In this document: positions 19,392 through 30,094 of the stretch, in pieces
Position numbering within the stretch: position 1 is the first letter of the stretch
How the letters are laid out: each line of letters begins with the position of its first letter
Assembly: GCA_963717845.1 (NCBI GenBank)
Contig: CAVQXH010000001.1
Coordinates: forward strand, 45,825-109,824
Source: an uncultured Actinomycetes bacterium
GTDB lineage: Bacteria > Actinomycetota > Thermoleophilia > Gaiellales > JAICJC01
Direction of reading: 5' to 3'
Length of the DNA: 64,000 nt
Notes under the pieces: generated by a model
What the model was told of the DNA's origin: nothing
The model's database searches: none
Seen by the model: only the letters and a program-made list of their open reading frames with translations
Made by a program: the position numbers and the translations under genes

Positions 19392-20053
19392 CCGACCCTC
19401 CGGCCCCCCGCCTGTCACCCTGGTGGATGCTGGCGCCGGCCCTGCTCTTCATCGCCAACTTCGTGGGCGCGCTGCTCACGAGCGGGCCGACCGCGAAGAA
19501 CACCGTCTACAACGCCACCGCGATCATCGGCACGGTGGCGGTGGACCTCGTCCTGATCGTCTACGTGCTGTTCGCCGCCTGGGCGTCGCGGCGGCCGATC
19601 GGCCCGACGCTCGCGCTGCGGCGCACGCCGCTTCGCCCGGCCCTCAAGCTGTGTGCCGGGGCGCTCGTGCTGCTCGTCGTCTCCAACGTGGTGCTCGAGC
19701 CGTTCCTGCATGCGAGCCAGCGGCAGGGCATCGCCCCCACCCACGACCCGCGCAGCACCCACCAGTGGGTGGTGCTCGCGATCGCGGTGGTCGGCCTCGT
19801 GCTGGTCGCGCCGGCCGCCGAGGAGCTCGTGTTCCGAGGGCTTGGGTTCGCCACGCTCGGACGCTTCGCGCTCCCGGCGACGACGCTGCTCTTCGCCATC
19901 GCGCACGGCCTCGCCGTCCTGCTCATCCCGGTCGCGATCGCCGGGCTCCTGCTCGGCCTCCTGCGCATGCGCACCAACTCGGTGTACCCGGGCATGGGCG
20001 TGCACATGAGCCTGAACGCCCTCGCCATCGGGCTCGCGCTGCTCGCGTCCTAG
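19388..20053 (+). CDS. CPBP-family intramembrane glutamic endopeptidase (CAAX protease type)
   Basis: 221-aa polytopic ORF with EELVFRG and FAIAHG motifs. The TTG start overlaps the preceding stop (TTGA). Confidence 0.8.
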   Translation: MTDPPAPRLSPWWMLAPALLFIANFVGALLTSGPTAKNTVYNATAIIGTVAVDLVLIVYVLFAAWASRRPIGPTLALRRTPLRPALKLCAGALVLLVVSNVVLEPFLHASQRQGIAPTHDPRSTHQWVVLAIAVVGLVLVAPAAEELVFRGLGFATLGRFALPATTLLFAIAHGLAVLLIPVAIAGLLLGLLRMRTNSVYPGMGVHMSLNALAIGLALLAS

Positions 20054-20059
20054 CCTCGG

Positions 20060-21182
20060 TCAGGCAGCCTGCACGTCGATGTCGCCCGGGCCCGGCGAGC
20101 GGGATCTCGACCGGATCGACCAGGTCGCCGTGCGGGCCGTGCGTGACCCTGACGACGGGCCGCTCAGGCGCATCGGCCGGCACGCTCGCGACGATGCCGC
20201 GGCTGCCGTCGGCAAGCGTGATCTCGCTGCCGACGGGGTGGGGGGCGACGACCTTGCGGAACGCCGCGACGACCTCGGGATCGAACTCGGTGCCCGACCC
20301 GTCGATGATGGCCGCGTGGCCGACGTGGGCGGGGCGGGCCTCGCGATACGGGCGCTCGCTCGTGATGGCGTCGTAGACGTCGGCGACGCTCGCGATCCGG
20401 GCGAGCTGCGAGATCTTGCCGGCGATGCGGTTGTCGGGATACCCCGACCCGTCCCAGCGCTCGTGATGCGACCGCACGACGCTCTTGGCGAGCGGGCTGA
20501 TGGCATCTCCCGGGAGCAGCTCGATCCCGGCGACCGGGTGGGCCCGGATCAGCTCCCACTCCTCGGCGTCGAGCGAGCCCGGCTTGTTCAGCACGGTCGC
20601 CGGGACGATCAGCTTGCCGATGTCGTGCAGCAAGAGGCCTAGGCCGAGCGTCGCCAGGCGCTCCTCGATGCGATCGAACGAGCGGCCGCCGCGGTAGTTC
20701 GCCCACCCGTACAGGTTGAACACCCGCCGGCCGAGCAGCAGGCCGAGCACCGTCACGTCGATCGAGTGCTGCATGGTGTAGCGGTCGGCCGACCCGAGGT
20801 CTGCGAGCGCGAGCACCGCATCGCCGGACGCCGCCAGGTCGGCGGCGATCATGTGCGCGACCTGCTTCATGTCGCGGATCGTCTGGTCGGGCAGGGGGCC
20901 GCCGGTTGCCAGCGCCGACGGGGCCACCTCGAAGGCGCGGTGCAGGGCGTTCTCGGCCTCCCGCTGTGTGCGCTGCGTCAGCGCCTCGGGCACGTCGATG
21001 CCGGCGCTCAGCTCATCGTCGACGTAGACGGCGCGGATGCCGTGCCTGGCGAGCGCGTCACGGTATTCCGGCCTGATCTCCGTGCCGGCACGCAGGAGCG
21101 GGGCCTGGCCCGGCACTCCGCTTGTGACGTCCCGCCCGAGCCGCACACCGTCGACCAGGCGCGTCGTAGAGACCAATCGCAT
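20060..21182 (-). CDS. HD-GYP domain phosphodiesterase; C-terminal frame ambiguity
   Basis: ATG at 21182 preceded by GGAGGA. Motifs are HSIDV...LLHDIGK...HHERWDGSGYP. As given, the open frame runs on to 19923 with an Arg-rich tail overlapping the CPBP gene. Skipping one nt at about 20084 gives ...PLAGPGDIDVQAA stop at 20060. Confidence 0.8.
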
Positions 21183-21295
21183 CGACTGTATCCTCCGCCG
21201 AAGAACGCAATCCGTGTAGATCGGCGGCGACGATCTGAAATTGAACGCCGCGCGCACCTGCGCGATCCCGACCAGGCGTGCGTAGACTGCGATGC

Positions 21296-21585
21296 ATGGA
21301 CGATCCCGTCGTCGTCTCCTACCGGGAGCGCATCACCCGGACCGACGACGAGCTGCTCGCGGCGGTGAACCGGCGTGTGCAGCTGGTCGCGGAGCTGCAT
21401 GCCCACAAGCGCCGAGAGGGGCATCCGCTGTTCGACGCGGCCCGCGAGCAGGACGTCGTCGCCCGTGCGGTCGAGCGCAACCCGGGCCCGCTCTCCGACG
21501 ACGGCGTGAGCGAGCTCTACGCCCTCCTGCTGCCGCTGTGCACGGCCGAGGCCAGACGCCTGGGCGAGGAGGCGGCGCCCGCCTG

Positions 21586-21586
<1 letters not shown>
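21296..21586 (+). CDS. AroQ-class chorismate mutase (small, no signal peptide)
   Basis: ATG at 21296. The sequence YRERITRTDDELLAAVNRRVQLVAELHAHKRREG...AREQDVV matches the CM_2 helical pattern. Confidence 0.7.
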
Positions 21587-22307
<721 letters not shown>

Positions 22308-22311
<4 letters not shown>

Positions 22312-24869
22312 TCCGCTACGCGCTTCGCAGCATGGCGAGCCATAAGCTGCGGACGGTGCTGACCGCGATCGCGATCGTGCTCGGCACCGCGATGATGGCC
22401 GGCACGTTCGTGATCACCGACCAGATCCGAAACGCCTTCTCGGACATCTTCGGCACGAGCTTCGCCGGCACCGACGTCTACCTCAGCCGGCGGCCGGCGT
22501 TCGGGAGCGGCACCGGCCAGGATCAGGTGGGGCCGCTGCCGGCGTCGCTGATCGCCCGCGTGCGCGACATCCCCGGCGTGGCCAAGGCCGACGGCCAGAT
22601 CCAGGCGTCGGGCTCGCTGGTCGTGAACGGCAAGTACCTGAAGTCGCAGGGCGGCGCGCCCAACCTCGTCGTGTCGACGCTGCCGAAGCCCTTCAACCAG
22701 AACACCCTGGTCGCCGGGCACTATCCGCAGGCACACGGCCAGGTGGCCCTGATCGAGCAGACGGCCACCGACCACCACCTGCACGTGGGCCAGCACGTGG
22801 AGCTGACGACCTTCGTGGGCGTCCAGCCGGTGACGATCGTCGGCATCTTCCGGTTCGGTGACGTGTCGTCGATCGGCGGTGCAACCGTGATCGCGACGAC
22901 GTTCGCCGACGCCCAGCAGTGGTACAACCGCATCGGCAAGACCTCCACGATCTCGGTCGACGGCGAGCCCGGCGTCTCGCCGGGCCAGCTGCGCCAGCAG
23001 CTCGCCGCCGCCCTGCCGCACTTCGTGAAGGCGCAGACCGGCACCCAGGCGGCCAGGCAGCAGACCGACCAGGTCTCGAACTCGATCAACTCGTTCTTCA
23101 CGCCGGCGCTGCTCGCGTTCGCGGGCGCGGCGGTGCTCGTCGGCGCGTTCGTCATCTTCAACACCTTCTCGATCACGGTCGCCCAGCGCATGCGCGAGTT
23201 CGCCATGCTGCGCACGATCGGCGCGATGCGCCGGCAGGTGCTCCTGACCGTCCTCGGCGAGGCGCTCGTCGTGGGGGTGACCGCCTCGGTGCTCGGCCTG
23301 ATCGCCGGCGTCGGGTTCGCGAAGCTGCTCGGGGCGCTCTTCAAGGCGGTGGGCTTCGGGCTGCCGCTGGCCGGGATCAGCGTGCACCTGTGGCCGGGCG
23401 TCGTGCTGCCGCTCGCGGTCGGCATCGGCGTCACGATGGCCGCCTCGTTCGCGCCGGCGCGGCGGGCGACGCGCGTGCCGCCGATCGCGGCGCTGCGCGA
23501 GGGCGCCGAGCTGCCGCCGACCCGCTTCGCCCGCTTCACCCCCTACATCGCCGCGCTCCTGCTCGTGCTCGGCATCCTGGCGGTGTTCCTGGGCGTCACC
23601 GGGTCGGGGCCGACCACGCAGCGCCTGTTCACGATCGCGATCGGGGCGATCGTCTCGTTCATCGGCCTCGCGATGGTGTCGCGCTACCTGATCCGGCCGC
23701 TGGCCCGCGCCATCGGCTGGCCGCTCGGGCTGCGCGGCGGCGCGTCGGGGCGGCTGGCGCGCGAGAACACCACCCGCAACACCGGGCGCACGGCCGTCAC
23801 CGCCGCGGCGCTCATGATCGGGATCGGCCTCGTCGTGTTCTTCTCGGTGCTGATCAACGGCTTCAAGCAGTCGTTCCTCGGCTCGATCGACAAGAGCGTC
23901 ACGTCGAACCTGATCATCCAGAACCACAGCCAGGGCGCCGCCGTGCCGGAGGCGGCCGTGAGCGTCACCGCAGGCGTGCCCGGCGTCGGTTCGGCAACCG
24001 GCATCGCCTTCACGAACGTGCGCATCGGCAAGGGCGGGACGGACGTCGCCAACGGGATCGACCCGCAGGCGCTGCCCAAGCTCTACAAGTTCCAGTGGCA
24101 GAAGGGCGGATCCGACGCCCTGCTCGGCAAGCTCACGGGCACGAACACGGTGGTCGAGGAGCAGTTCGCAAAATCGCACCACCTCTCGCCCGGCTCGACG
24201 TTCCAGGTGACGAGCGTCGACGGCCGCCATCTGACCCTGCACGAGATCGGCCAGTACAAGGACCCGGTGCTCTTCGGCGGGTTCATGCTGGCGCAGAAGA
24301 CGTACGCCGAGGTCTCGACCGACTCCAACCCGCAGGTGCTGCTCGTGCGCTACGCCTCGGGCGCGAACACCGATGCCACGACGCGCGCGGTGAAGGCCGC
24401 CCTCAAGCCGTACCCGGATGTGAACGTGCAGACCAACTCCGAGTTCAAGGCGTCGTTCTCGAAGCAGATCAACCAACTCCTGTATCTGCTCTACGTCCTA
24501 CTGGCGATGAGCGTGGTGATCAGCCTCTTCGGGATCGTGAACACGCTGGCGCTCTCGGTCTTCGAGCGCACCCGCGAGATCGGCATGCTGCGCGCGATCG
24601 GCACCACGCGCCTGCAGCTGCGCGAGACGATCCTCTACGAGAGCGTGATCACGTCGGTGATCGGCGGGCTGCTCGGGATCGTGATCGGGGTCGTCCTGGC
24701 CTGGGTGGTCGCGCTCGGGTTCCGCTCGTCGGGCATCGTCTTCGCAATCCCGTACGGACAGGTCGTGCTGTCGCTCGTGGTCGCCGCGATCGCGGGCGTC
24801 GTCGCCGCGGCGTTCCCCGCCCGCCGGGCGGCGCGCCTGAACGTGCTCGAGGCCCTGCAGTACGAGTAG
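22308..24869 (+). CDS. ABC transporter permease with two FtsX/MacB-type domains
   Basis: 853 codons from the ATG at 22308 (ATGA overlap). The pattern of TM1, large extracytoplasmic domain, then three TMs is duplicated. C-terminal FtsX motif REIGMLRAIG. Confidence 0.85.
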
Positions 24870-25424
24870 ATGGTCTTCGTCGCCGCGATCGTGGTGGGGC
24901 TCGTGTTCGGCGGCGCCGATCAGTACCTCGGGAGCCTGATCACGGTCGGCCCCTGGACGGTGCAGGTGAGCCAGATGTCGGCACCGTGGCTGATCCTGCC
25001 GCTGGCGTTCGGCTTCACCCAGCGCGATCCGGGGCGGGCGGCGCTCGCCGGCCTGCTGGCCACCGGGGCGGCGCTGACGGGGTACTTCGCGATGACCCTG
25101 AGCCCGGTCGAGGGGGTCGCCCTGCGAGGCGCCGTCGCCGGCCTCCCAGGGCTGATCGGCTCGAACCTCGAGAACATCGTCGGCGGTGCGGTGACGGCGC
25201 CGCTGTGCGGGCTGATCGGCCAGCGCGCGCGCACCGGCCGCTGGTGGCCGGCGGCCGCGCTCGTCGCCGGGGCGCTCTGCCTGGAGCCGGTGGCCCGCAC
25301 CGCCACGGGCCGGCTGTACCCGCCCGACTACGTGTGGCAGGCCGAGGTCGCCGCCGGCCTCGCGGTGGCGGTGTGGGCGGTGGTCATGGCGGCTGCGAGC
25401 CGGCGCGATCGCGCTCTGCCCTGA
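24870..25424 (+). CDS. Polytopic membrane protein, unknown function
   Basis: 184-aa hydrophobic ORF starting immediately after the permease stop (TAG ATG). Confidence 0.45.
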   Translation: MVFVAAIVVGLVFGGADQYLGSLITVGPWTVQVSQMSAPWLILPLAFGFTQRDPGRAALAGLLATGAALTGYFAMTLSPVEGVALRGAVAGLPGLIGSNLENIVGGAVTAPLCGLIGQRARTGRWWPAAALVAGALCLEPVARTATGRLYPPDYVWQAEVAAGLAVAVWAVVMAAASRRDRALP

Positions 25425-25827
25425 GCGCGGCTGCGGCATCCACGAGCCGTTTGGGCGCGACGGCCGCATAGGCATCCTCGAGGGCGCCGGCGATCGCGTC
25501 CCATGACAGGCCGCGATCGAGCCGGACGCCCAGCCAGCCGCGGCCGCCGACGTATGGCGGGACGAAGTACCCGTCGGGGTCGTGCTCGACATGCGCCGCC
25601 TGCATCCCGGCCGCCGCCGCACACCAGAGCGCGAGCCGGCCGTCGTGGTGGTGGTTGTCGACGAAGGTCGCGAACGAGCGCTTGCCGGCGACGAAGAACG
25701 TCGGCGCGCCGTGGCTCGGCCGCTCGGTCACCTCGGGGAGGGCGAGACAGACGGCGCGCACCCGCGCGAGCGCCGACCCGTCGTCGAGGCTCGGTGGCCG
25801 CTCGTACATGCCGGCATTCTCGGTCAC
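25384..25827 (-). CDS. MmcQ/YjbR-family protein
   Basis: 147-aa ORF resembling YjbR (PEVTERPSHGAPTFFVAGKRSFATF..., GGRGWLGVRLD). The start could instead be the ATG at 25809. Confidence 0.55.
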   Translation of the reverse strand: MTENAGMYERPPSLDDGSALARVRAVCLALPEVTERPSHGAPTFFVAGKRSFATFVDNHHHDGRLALWCAAAAGMQAAHVEHDPDGYFVPPYVGGRGWLGVRLDRGLSWDAIAGALEDAYAAVAPKRLVDAAAALRAERDRAGSQPP

Positions 25828-25848
25828 GCCGGCCGCGATCGCCAGGAC

Positions 25849-25881
25849 GGGGACTGTCCCCGATCCCCGGGGACAGTCCCC
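25849..25881. terminator. Perfect 13-bp stem hairpin downstream of the MFS gene stop
   Basis: GGGGACTGTCCCC - GATCCCC - GGGGACAGTCCCC. It lies 10 nt beyond the MFS stop (25891) on the minus strand. No U-tract follows. Confidence 0.4.
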
Positions 25882-25890
25882 ACTCCGCGG

Positions 25891-27343
25891 TCAGGCGGCC
25901 TCGACGAACTCCGCCTCGAGCAGCGCCTCGGGCACCGGCTCTGGCTGTGCGCGAGCGGGCTGCGGCAGCCCGCGCACGGCGACGGCCACGAGCACCGCCA
26001 TCACCGTCTGGACGCCGATCACCGCCACGAAGGCGCTGCGCATCCCCAGCGAGCCCGGCGCGTCGAGCGAGAGGAACAGGCTGCCCAGGGTGGCGACCCC
26101 GAGCGCGAGTGACGACTGCATGGTCGTCGTCAGGATGCCGCTGCCGACACCCGCCCGGTGGGCGGGCACGCCCGCAAGCACGAAGCCGAAGAGCGGGCTC
26201 ACGACGAGCCCCTGCCCCACGCCGGCGATCACCATCGCGGGTGCGAGCACCAGGGCGTCGACGTGCGGCCACGCCGAGTACAGCGTCACCGCCACCGCGA
26301 TCAGACCGACGCTCTGGATCAAGGCGCCGGCCGCCACCACGGACCGGCCGTAGCGCTCCGTCAGGCGCGCGGTGAAGAGCGAGGCGGCGAAGAAGGCGAG
26401 CGCCAGCGGTGCGAGCGCCATGCCCGAGCCGAGCGGGCTCAGGTGCGCGCCGACCTGGAGCGCGATCGCCGACACGAACATGAAGGCCGCAAAGCCGGCG
26501 AAGAAGAGCGCCGCGATGGCGAGGCCGGCCCGCATCCCCCGGTTCTGCAGGAGCGACGGCGCGACGAGCGGATGGCCGCCGGTGCGCTCGAGCCGGCGCT
26601 CGACCGCCACGAACGTGGCGGCGATCGGCACCACCAGGGCAAGCAGGGCGAAGCTCCAGAGCGGCCAGTGAAGGGTGCGCCCCTCGGTCAGCGGTACGAG
26701 CAGCGCGAGCAGGGCCGCCCCGAGCAGCGCCGTTCCCGGCGCGTCGATCGATGCGGGCTCGGCCGAGCGCGTCGCCGGCACGTAGCGCCAGGCCAGCGCG
26801 AGCGCCGCGAGGCCGATCGGCACGTTCACGAGGAAGATCGGCCGCCATCCGAACCCGGCGATGTCGGCGTTCACGATCAGCGCCGCCCGCGACCTGGCCG
26901 ACGACCGCGGCGATCCCCGCCGTGGCACCGTAGAGGCCGATTGCGCGCGAGCGCTCGTGGCCCGATGTGGCGGCCTGGATCGTCGCGAGCGCCTGCGGCA
27001 CCATGAACGCGGCGGATGCACCCTGGAGGGCGCGGAACGCGATCAGCACCTCGGCGCTCGGCGCGATCCCGCACAGGAGCGAGAACAGGGTGAACGAGGC
27101 GACACCGGCCATGAAGAGCGGCCGCCGCCCGAACAGGTCGCCGAGCCTGCCGCCGAGCACGAGCATCAGGGCGTAGGGCACGCCGTAGCCGGCGACGACG
27201 AGCTGCAGCATGGCCGCCGAGGGATGCAGATCGGCATCGATCGTGGGCAGGGCGACGTTGACGATGAAGAAGTCGGCGATCGCGATGAAGGCGCCCAGAA
27301 GCACGGTCGCAAGGCCGATGGGTGTGAGGCGGTTCTGGTTCAT
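25891..27343 (-). pseudogene. DHA2/EmrB-type MFS transporter, split into two frames as given
   Basis: The N-terminal 150 aa (MNQNRLTPIGLATVLLGAFIA...GIAAVVGQVAGG) come from frame 27343. The rest (LIVNADIAGFGWRPIFLVNVPIG... to 25891) is one nt further on. The junction reads GGC GGC [G] CTG ATC GTG at about 26881. Confidence 0.8.
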
Positions 27344-27446
27344 GGCACGGTAGTCTGCCTGAGGTTCTACCCTGGTACCAGAGTCTGTTTATCCTGGTAT
27401 TGAGGGTGCCAGGCTAACCCCGCCGAAACCGGCTATCCTGACTCGC

Positions 27447-28322
27447 ATGGCGATGGCTGAACTCATGCAGAACGGCGCGGCGGACGCGATCCGCCGGCGC
27501 GAGCTCGCGGCCTTCCTGCGCAGCCGGCGCGAGCGGATGACGCCCGAATGCGTCGGCCTGATCTCCTCGCGGCGCCGGCGCACGCCCGGCCTGCGGCGGG
27601 AGGAGGTGGCCCAGCTCGCCGGCGTGGGCGTCACCTGGTACACGTGGCTCGAGCAGGGTCGCGACATCAACGCGTCGCCGCAGGTGCTCGATGCGATCGC
27701 GCGCACACTTGCGTTCGACCCGCAGGAGCGCTCCCACCTCTTCACCCTCGCGGGCACGGCCGACACGAACGCGGAGACGCGATGCGCGCGCCTGAGCCCG
27801 GCGGTGGAGCTCGTGCTGGAACGCCTCGAGCCGTATCCCGCCCTCGCCGTGAACGCCCGCTTCGACATCCTCGCCCACAACCGCATCTGGGCGACCTCGT
27901 TCCCCGATATCGAGACGCTGCCGCAGGACGAGCGCAACTGCCTGTGGCTGCTCTTCACCCACCGGGCGTGGCGAAAGACGGTCGTCGACTGGGAGGAGTC
28001 GGCCGCGCGGATGGTCGCCCAGTACCGCGCCGCGATGGCCGAGCACGTGGCCGAGCCGGCGTGGAAGAATCTGATCGCGCGCCTGCAGCGGGCGTCGCTC
28101 GAGTTCGCCGAGATGTGGGAGCGCCACGACGTGCGCGGCCCCGAGAACGCCGTCAAGCGGATCATGCACCCGACCGCCGGCCTCCTGCGGCTCGAGTACA
28201 CCTACCTGTGGCTCGACCCCGGCCTGGGGACGCGGATCGTCACCTACACGCCGGCCGACGCCCGCACCGCCGCGCGGCTCGAGTCGCTCGGCCGCGCGCT
28301 CGCCGCGACGTCCGCAGCCTGA
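27447..28322 (+). CDS. XRE-family HTH regulator with MmyB-like ligand domain
   Basis: 291-aa ORF containing LRREEVAQLAGVGVTWYTWLEQGR followed by an MmyB-type C-terminal domain. It is divergent from the MFS gene. Confidence 0.8.
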   Translation: MAMAELMQNGAADAIRRRELAAFLRSRRERMTPECVGLISSRRRRTPGLRREEVAQLAGVGVTWYTWLEQGRDINASPQVLDAIARTLAFDPQERSHLFTLAGTADTNAETRCARLSPAVELVLERLEPYPALAVNARFDILAHNRIWATSFPDIETLPQDERNCLWLLFTHRAWRKTVVDWEESAARMVAQYRAAMAEHVAEPAWKNLIARLQRASLEFAEMWERHDVRGPENAVKRIMHPTAGLLRLEYTYLWLDPGLGTRIVTYTPADARTAARLESLGRALAATSAA

Positions 28323-28359
28323 GCCGCGCTTCCGAGCACGTGCGGTAGGCTCGCCGGCC

Positions 28360-29091
28360 ATGACGGGGCTGCTGGAAGGACGGGTGGCGGTCGTGACCGG
28401 CGCGAACGGCGGCCTCGGCCGGGCCGTGCGGGAGGTGTTCGAGCGCGAGGGTGCGACCGTCGCCGGCGTCGACCTCGCCGGCGCCGGCTGCCTGCACGCC
28501 GATCTGCGCACCGACGCGGGGAACCGGGGGATGATCGACGCGGTGCTCGCAGAGCACGGAGCCATCGACGTCCTGGTCCTGAACGCCGGCCTCCAGCACA
28601 TGGCGCCGATCGACGCGTTCGCCGAGGCCCAGTGGGACCGGCTGACCGACGTGATGCTGAAGGGGCCGTTCCTCGCCGTCAAGCACGCCTGGCCGCAGCT
28701 GACCCGCCGCCCGGGCGGCCGGGTCGTCTTCGTGGCCTCGACGACCGCACTCGTCGGCGAAGCGTACAAGGCGGCCTACGTCGCCTCCAAGCACGGCGTC
28801 GCCGGACTGATGAAGGTGGCTGCCCTCGAGGGCGCCCGCCACGGCCTGAACGTGAACGCCGTCGCCCCCGGGTGGATGTGGACAGCCATGGCCGAGGGCC
28901 AGATCGACGACCAGGCGCGCCTGCACGGGCGCACCCGCGATGACATCCTCGGCGAGATGGACGACCACAATCCGGTCGGCCGGATGATCGAGCCGCGCGA
29001 GGTCGCCGAGGTGATCGCGTTTCTTGCCAGCGACCGGGCGTCGGGGATCAGCGGCACCTGCATCCCGGTCGACCTGGCCTCGCTGGCGTAG
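28360..29091 (+). CDS. Short-chain dehydrogenase/reductase
   Basis: TGANGGLG cofactor motif and YVASKHGV catalytic motif. 243 aa. Confidence 0.9.
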   Translation: MTGLLEGRVAVVTGANGGLGRAVREVFEREGATVAGVDLAGAGCLHADLRTDAGNRGMIDAVLAEHGAIDVLVLNAGLQHMAPIDAFAEAQWDRLTDVMLKGPFLAVKHAWPQLTRRPGGRVVFVASTTALVGEAYKAAYVASKHGVAGLMKVAALEGARHGLNVNAVAPGWMWTAMAEGQIDDQARLHGRTRDDILGEMDDHNPVGRMIEPREVAEVIAFLASDRASGISGTCIPVDLASLA

Positions 29092-29210
29092 TAAGCGCCG
29101 TCTCATCGCGCGAAACCGGCGCGGGCGCGCTTGCGTAATCGCCGGTCACTACCCACCGACACGCGCCCGCCCGCGCGGCGGGCGCCCATCCCGCAAGGAG
29201 ATCAATCCTC

Positions 29211-30047
29211 ATGCAGCACGCACGGCTACTCCAATCCGTGGCGGTCATCGGCGCCTGTCTGGCGACCGTGGCCGGCGCCGCCGGCGCATACGCGTCCGCC
29301 GCACCCGTGGTCAGATCCAGGCCCGTCGGCTACAAGATCGTCTCGAAGCAGTTCGCCGCGCCGGCCGGCGTCGAGTCCGGCGGAATGGTGCGCTGTCCGA
29401 AGGGCACGGTGCCCCTCGGCGGGAGCGCGTTTGCCGACTCCTCACCGCAGGCGCGTGTGAACGTCTCGGCCTCGTTCCCGTTTGGTGCGGTGTGGGGCGC
29501 AGCGGTCAAGAACTCGAGCGACGTGGCGACGACGTTCCACGTCACGGCGGTGTGCGCCAAGCAGCCCAAGGGCTACCGCCTGGTTCAGTCGAAGGTGGTC
29601 GCGAACCCCTCCCTGCGCCAGACGCAGGCCGCGGCGACCTGCCCGCAGGGCACGATGCCGCTCGGCGGCGGCGGCTTCACGAGCTCGGCCGGCACCGACG
29701 TGACCATGAACGGCACCGCTCCGAACGGGCGCAGCTGGATCGTCCGCGAGAACAATGGCGGCTCGACCGACGAGACGACCGGGGCGATCGCCGTGTGCGG
29801 CCACATGCGCGGCTACAAGGTCGTCAGAGGCAAGCTTCTGCATCTCGCAAGCGGCACATCGGGCGGCACCTTCGCGGCCTGCCCCGCGCCGACCGTCCCC
29901 ATCGGCGGCGGCGTCGACGCGCCGGGAAGCGTCGGCGTCAACTTCCAGGGCTCGTTCCCGACCGGGAACGAGTGGGACGCGTTCGTCAACAACAGCAGCG
30001 AGATCCCTGCCAGCTCGACCGCGGTGGTGGTCTGCGCGAGCCGCTGA
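29211..30047 (+). CDS. Secreted protein made of three tandem ~80-aa two-Cys repeats, unknown function
   Basis: AAGGAG lies 7 nt before the ATG, and a signal peptide is present (AVIGACLATVAGAAGAYASA). The repeats start at Y41, Y122 and Y202, each with the pattern Y[KR]hV...CPxGTxPhGGG...V.N.S...hhVC. Confidence 0.6.
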   Translation: MQHARLLQSVAVIGACLATVAGAAGAYASAAPVVRSRPVGYKIVSKQFAAPAGVESGGMVRCPKGTVPLGGSAFADSSPQARVNVSASFPFGAVWGAAVKNSSDVATTFHVTAVCAKQPKGYRLVQSKVVANPSLRQTQAAATCPQGTMPLGGGGFTSSAGTDVTMNGTAPNGRSWIVRENNGGSTDETTGAIAVCGHMRGYKVVRGKLLHLASGTSGGTFAACPAPTVPIGGGVDAPGSVGVNFQGSFPTGNEWDAFVNNSSEIPASSTAVVVCASR

Positions 30048-30055
30048 CCGCACCC

Positions 30056-30087
30056 GGGCCCGGGCTGTTCGCGCGCAGCCCGGGCCC
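30056..30087. terminator. 12-bp stem hairpin between convergent genes
   Basis: GGGCCCGGGCTG - TTCGCGCG - CAGCCCGGGCCC. It sits between the stop at 30047 (+) and the stop at 30095 (-). Confidence 0.4.
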
Positions 30088-30094
30088 ACGCGGC

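Noticed and set aside
19923-20059. A 45-codon C-terminal tail of the HD-GYP protein overlapping the convergent CPBP gene by 131 nt.
   Set aside because: The tail (RHRRAGCLTEARTRAARARWRGRS...) looks like out-of-frame translation. A +1 correction at about 20084 ends the protein cleanly at 20060, 6 nt from the CPBP stop.
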